From Pseudomonadota bacterium (lineage in GTDB: Bacteria > Pseudomonadota > Gammaproteobacteria > Steroidobacterales > Woeseiaceae): 64,000 bases of DNA. Positions within the stretch are counted from its first letter, which is position 1, and every line of letters begins with the position of its first letter. Both the position numbers and the translations under genes were made by a program. Under the pieces are notes generated by a model, which had not been told where the DNA came from, did no database searches, and saw only the letters and a program-made list of their open reading frames with translations. The stretch spans positions 116 to 64,115 of the forward strand of contig JBCCNM010000002.1 of the NCBI GenBank assembly GCA_039025835.1. The letters are read 5' to 3'. Positions 60,410-64,000 of the stretch are shown piece by piece.

Positions 60410-61577
60410 TTACGACGTCATCATAGTCGGTGGCGGCCCTGCAGGCGCAACAGCGGCTGAAGATCTCGCCAGGGCCGGTCGTGATGTGCTCATGATCGAA
60501 CGCGGCGGTCGCATCAAACCGTGTGGCGGCGCGATACCGCCGATCCTGATGCGCGAGTTTGACGTGCCGGAATCCCGCCTCGAGTGCAAGGTGAGCGGGG
60601 CACGTATGATCGCGCCATCCGATACCGCCGTGGACATGGATATCGGCGGTTTCGTTGGCATGGTCGACCGCAAGACCTTCGATCCCTGGCTGCGGGAACG
60701 CGCGGAAGATGCCGGTGCCACCTGCGTTCGCGCCAAGTTTCGTTCGCTGGAGCAACGCGCCGATGGATGCGTTGACGTGCATTACGTCGATCGCGATGGC
60801 GCCGACATGACGTCAACAGCGCGTCTGGTCATCGGTGCTGACGGCGCCGGGTCGCGAGTGCGTGAGCACGCGTTCGCGCAGCAGGAAAAAATGAAACACG
60901 TGTTCGCCTACCACGAAATTGTCGAGTCACCGGAACAGGAAACCGAGTTTTTTGATCCGCAGCGCTGCGACGTCTACTACCAGGGACGCATCTCGCCGGA
61001 CTTTTACGGCTGGGTGTTTCCGCACGGCAAATGCACCAGCGTAGGCGTGGGTTCGGCGATGAAGGGCTTTTCACTTCGAGCTGCCGTAAAGCAGATGCGT
61101 GATGAGACGGGCCTGGACGACTCAAAGATTGTCCGACGTGAGGGTGCTCCGCTGCCACTGAAGCCCCTGAAGCGCTGGGACAACGGCAAGAACGTGGTGC
61201 TGGTCGGTGACGCCGCGGGCTGTGTCGCACCTTCGTCCGGCGAAGGGATTTACTACGCGATGAGTTGCGGACGCATGGCCGCCAATGCGGCGGTCGAATT
61301 TCTCGCCAGCGGCGATGCCCGCGTCCTCAAGCAGGTGCGGCGCGAGTTTATGAAAGCCCACCGGACGGTATTTTTCATTCTCGGCGTCATGCAGTACTGG
61401 TGGTACAGCAGCGACAAGCGACGTGAAAAATTCGTCGATATCTGTCGCGACCCGGATGTCCAGAAGCTGACCTGGGACGCATACATGAACAAACAGCTCG
61501 TGCGCGCCAAACCGGCCGCGCACGTGCGCATATTTTTCAAGGACCTGGCCCATCTTGTCGGCCTGCATCCGTCATGA
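60399..61577 (+). CDS. bchP: geranylgeranyl diphosphate/bacteriochlorophyllide reductase
   Basis: 392 aa. YDVIIVGGGPAGATAAEDLARAG, ..KPCGGAIP.. and ..VLVGDAAGCVAPSSGEGIYYAM... Confidence 0.95.
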   Translation: MSSDYDVIIVGGGPAGATAAEDLARAGRDVLMIERGGRIKPCGGAIPPILMREFDVPESRLECKVSGARMIAPSDTAVDMDIGGFVGMVDRKTFDPWLRERAEDAGATCVRAKFRSLEQRADGCVDVHYVDRDGADMTSTARLVIGADGAGSRVREHAFAQQEKMKHVFAYHEIVESPEQETEFFDPQRCDVYYQGRISPDFYGWVFPHGKCTSVGVGSAMKGFSLRAAVKQMRDETGLDDSKIVRREGAPLPLKPLKRWDNGKNVVLVGDAAGCVAPSSGEGIYYAMSCGRMAANAAVEFLASGDARVLKQVRREFMKAHRTVFFILGVMQYWWYSSDKRREKFVDICRDPDVQKLTWDAYMNKQLVRAKPAAHVRIFFKDLAHLVGLHPS

Positions 61578-61598
61578 GTTAAACCGGCAATTCAACAG

Positions 61599-63110
61599 AT
61601 GTTGCAACACACAGGGGATAGAGTCGTGTCTTCGTCACAAACAAAAAAAATCGGCATAAGCGGACTGGCAGCCTACGTTCCGCCCTATCGCGTCATGCTG
61701 GAAGACTGGTGCGAATGGACCGAAAGTCACTGGCCCAAAATCCGGGAGGTTGTTGGCCGGAGTTTCCGGGTACGCGGGCCCGACCACAGTGTTTACACGA
61801 TGGCGGCCACCGCTGTTCTGCGGTTGATTGAACAATACGACATCGATCCACAAACTGTCGGCTTCCTGGGTCTGGGCACCGAATCGAGCTCCGACAACTC
61901 CGCCGGAGCCGTGATCATCAAAGGCATGGTCGACGAGGCGCTGAAGCAACGCGGCAATGCGCCGCTATCGCGCAGTTGTGAGGTTCCCGAATTCAAGCAC
62001 GCCTGCCTCGGCGGGGTTTATGCGATGAAGGGCGCGCTTCGCTATCTCGCGACCGACGGTGAGGGACGACTCGCTATCGTCGTTTGCGCTGACATAGCGG
62101 AATACGCTCGCGGCAGCAGTGGCGAACCCACACAGGGCGCCGGTGCCGTCGCCATGCTGGTCGAGGAAAACCCCAAGATTGCCAGTGTCGACCTCGCGAA
62201 CAGCGGCTCCGCATCGGACTACCGCATCATGGACTTCCGTAAACCGATGTTGCGATTCTGTGGCCAGGATCGCAGTGAGACACACCAGATCCAGGACTTC
62301 CCGGTATTCAACGGCAAGTACTCGACGACCTGTTACATCGACGAAACGCTGCATGCATTGCGCGACATGTATCGCAAGCGGTCGGTGGAAGCCATTGATC
62401 ACATGCGCTCATTGAAAACGATCTTTATGCACCGCCCCTACCGGCGTATGCCGGAGACCGGCTGGGCTATCGCCTACCTGTTTGCACTGGCCAACGGCAA
62501 AACCGGTGATCTGACCGAACTGGCCGGCTACTGTGAGCCGGCCGGAGTCGAACTGGACGCGCTGGTCGAGGAAATGAACGGCGACCCGGATGTTGCGGGC
62601 TTTGCCAGTGAAGCGAATTTGAACAACGATGCCTATCCACTGACCATGGCGACGATGCAGGCCTTCCGCAAATCCCCGGTTTACCAGCAGGAAGTGATCG
62701 ACAAACTGTCGCTGGGTGCCGATACCATTCGCGATCTTGGCAACCTGTACACCGCCGCGATGCCTGCCTGGCTGGCAGCAGGTCTCGAGACCGCCCTCGA
62801 GGACGATCTGGACCTCGACGGTGAGGAATTATTAACACTGGGTTATGGCAGCGGCGACGCCGCTGAAGTGATCCCGTTCTACGTTGAAGATGGCTGGCGT
62901 GAAGCGTCGTCACGCATCCAGTTTAGAAAAGCGCTGTCAACAACGGTAGATCTGACCTACGAGCAATACTGCGCGATGCACGACGGCCGCACAGCACCGG
63001 ATCTGCATCGTGTGGCGACCGACGAGTTTGTCATCAACGATGTGGGCACGCGTGAAGAACGCCATTTTCAGGACATCGGCATCGAGTATTACCGCTACGT
63101 CGCAAGCTAG
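61599..63110 (+). CDS. hydroxymethylglutaryl-CoA synthase family protein
   Basis: 503 aa. Catalytic-triad contexts GLGTESSSD (Glu), FKHACLGGVYAM (Cys) and FMHRPYRRM (His). GGEPTQGAGAVAMLV is identical to the MvaS block I recall. GNLYTAAM and GYGSGDAAEV are also present. Confidence 0.8.
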   Translation: MLQHTGDRVVSSSQTKKIGISGLAAYVPPYRVMLEDWCEWTESHWPKIREVVGRSFRVRGPDHSVYTMAATAVLRLIEQYDIDPQTVGFLGLGTESSSDNSAGAVIIKGMVDEALKQRGNAPLSRSCEVPEFKHACLGGVYAMKGALRYLATDGEGRLAIVVCADIAEYARGSSGEPTQGAGAVAMLVEENPKIASVDLANSGSASDYRIMDFRKPMLRFCGQDRSETHQIQDFPVFNGKYSTTCYIDETLHALRDMYRKRSVEAIDHMRSLKTIFMHRPYRRMPETGWAIAYLFALANGKTGDLTELAGYCEPAGVELDALVEEMNGDPDVAGFASEANLNNDAYPLTMATMQAFRKSPVYQQEVIDKLSLGADTIRDLGNLYTAAMPAWLAAGLETALEDDLDLDGEELLTLGYGSGDAAEVIPFYVEDGWREASSRIQFRKALSTTVDLTYEQYCAMHDGRTAPDLHRVATDEFVINDVGTREERHFQDIGIEYYRYVAS

Positions 63111-63131
63111 CTTGGCCGGGCGAGCCGCAGG

Positions 63132-63554
63132 CTAGAAGCCGGCGACGATCGCCAACAGCGCGATCCCGGTGGCCAGAATCACGAGCGTCAGCAAAACATT
63201 GATGCCGTGCAGCCGACCGAAGTCCTGTTGTCGGTCTTCGTCGCGAGCACGGTTGATGGCCGGCACCATCGCCAGCGAAATCGCCTCCAGAACAACCATG
63301 AGCGCCGTACCTGACAGCAGCCAGCTGACTTCTCGCTGACCTACGACCAGCGCCACGACGGCAACCAGCATCACGCCGCCGCACACCAGGCCAAAGATAA
63401 AGAATCGCGGGAACAAGCCACGCAGGAAACGACCGGCCAGATCCGCAGGCAAACGAGTGAAGGTCATCGGTGCAACCACGGCCGAATGAAACAGGATAGC
63501 TCCGATCCAGCTTCCGCAAGCAATGTTGAATAGCGGTAATACGATAGTTTCCAC
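63132..63554 (-). CDS. DUF4149-like small membrane protein
   Basis: 140 aa, 4 TM helices, GTG start. Family call is from memory (TMEM205-like). Confidence 0.45.
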   Translation of the reverse strand: METIVLPLFNIACGSWIGAILFHSAVVAPMTFTRLPADLAGRFLRGLFPRFFIFGLVCGGVMLVAVVALVVGQREVSWLLSGTALMVVLEAISLAMVPAINRARDEDRQQDFGRLHGINVLLTLVILATGIALLAIVAGF

Positions 63555-63561
63555 GGCGATA

Positions 63562-63594
63562 TGTCTATATAGTGTCTAGGAAACGTATTACACC
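63562..63594. promoter_or_regulatory. 11-bp-periodic direct repeats (candidate operator) in the DUF4149/MerR divergent region
   Basis: TGTCTA occurs at 63562 and 63573. On the minus strand, TTCCTAGACAC-TATATAGACAT (preceded by a weaker GTGTAATACGT) approximates the nAnnTnnACAn tandem repeats described for CarH-type operators. Confidence 0.3.
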
Positions 63595-63646
63595 TTGTCG
63601 ACTTATCCAGCGTCAACGCTGACCTGATCGCGAATGGAGCCGTGAT

Positions 63647-64000
63647 TTGAGCGCCCGACCCGAAAAAAAGAAACACCGCTACGGCATTGGCACCGTGGCG
63701 AGAATGACTGGCCTGACGGATCACACCATCCGCGTATGGGAGCGTCGCTACGCGGCGGTCGTCGCCGAGCGCGCCGACAACGGACGCCGTCAGTATTCGG
63801 AGCAGGACGTTGAAAAACTGGGCCTGTTGAAGCGACTCACCGACGAGGGCGTGTCTATCAGCCAAATCGCTTCGCTGAGCATCGAGGAACTGCGCTCGCG
63901 CACGCAGAGCCTGCGGGAGATGCACGAGCCACAGCTGCCGAAACGCCTCGACGTCGCCATCCTTGGCGATTTTCTGCCGACACAGTTGGCAGAGTATCGC
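63647..64000 (+). CDS. MerR-family transcriptional regulator, N-terminal part (3' end outside window)
   Basis: Frame is open from the stop at 63620-63622 to the window end. TTG 63647 has GGAG 7 nt upstream. HTH is ..YGIGTVARMTGLTDHTIRVWERRYAAV...RQYSEQDVEKLGLLKRL.. Confidence 0.65.
   Translation, partial: MSARPEKKKHRYGIGTVARMTGLTDHTIRVWERRYAAVVAERADNGRRQYSEQDVEKLGLLKRLTDEGVSISQIASLSIEELRSRTQSLREMHEPQLPKRLDVAILGDFLPTQLAEYR

Overview
High-GC (about 60% by eye) proteobacterial chromosomal segment. No rRNA, tRNA, CRISPR array, transposase or integrase was recognised. Two parts. (1) Bases 1-17.5 kb hold envelope-lipid, phosphate and signalling genes. These are a PAP2 phosphatase fragment, dgkA, an LpxH/PlcP-like metallophosphoesterase, a Na/Pi cotransporter and a compact sulfotransferase-GT4-DUF2334 operon. 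They are followed by a GlpD-like dehydrogenase, two orphan response regulators split by a perfect FNR box, nei, and a binding-protein-coupled hybrid histidine kinase. (2) Bases 17.5-63.1 kb are a nearly complete photosynthesis gene cluster (PGC) of a purple or aerobic anoxygenic phototroph. acsF is present; no bchE, pufC or puc genes are in the window. PGC order: crtI> | <crtD-P450 | ATP-grasp-GNAT-hydrolase> | <crtE-crtF-bchCXYZ-pufQBALM | crtC> | <bchFNBHLM-lhaA-puhA-puhBC-acsF-puhE-bchIDO-crtB-smallORF | ppaA-ppsR-bchG-bch2-bchP-HMGS>. Core PGC calls rest on unmistakable conserved motifs in the translations. Items worth a second look are listed here. A tandemly duplicated 217-bp structured element with terminator-like hairpins lies in the puf 3' region where pufC is normally found. 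A 113-aa ORF is coupled to pufM. A three-gene ATP-grasp/GNAT/hydrolase insert and a P450 coupled to crtD lie inside the PGC. puhB and puhC are fused. An HMG-CoA synthase homologue ends the bchG-bchP operon. A 42-aa membrane ORF is coupled to crtB. PpsR-type TGT-N12-ACA sites are clustered. A possible phosphate-stress lipid-remodelling locus includes a membrane sulfotransferase. Coordinates follow the supplied ORF track where possible. Starts were re-picked by homology and SD sequences, and hand-counted sites may be off by 1-2 nt. I saw one local 1-nt disagreement between my line counting and the track near 21980.
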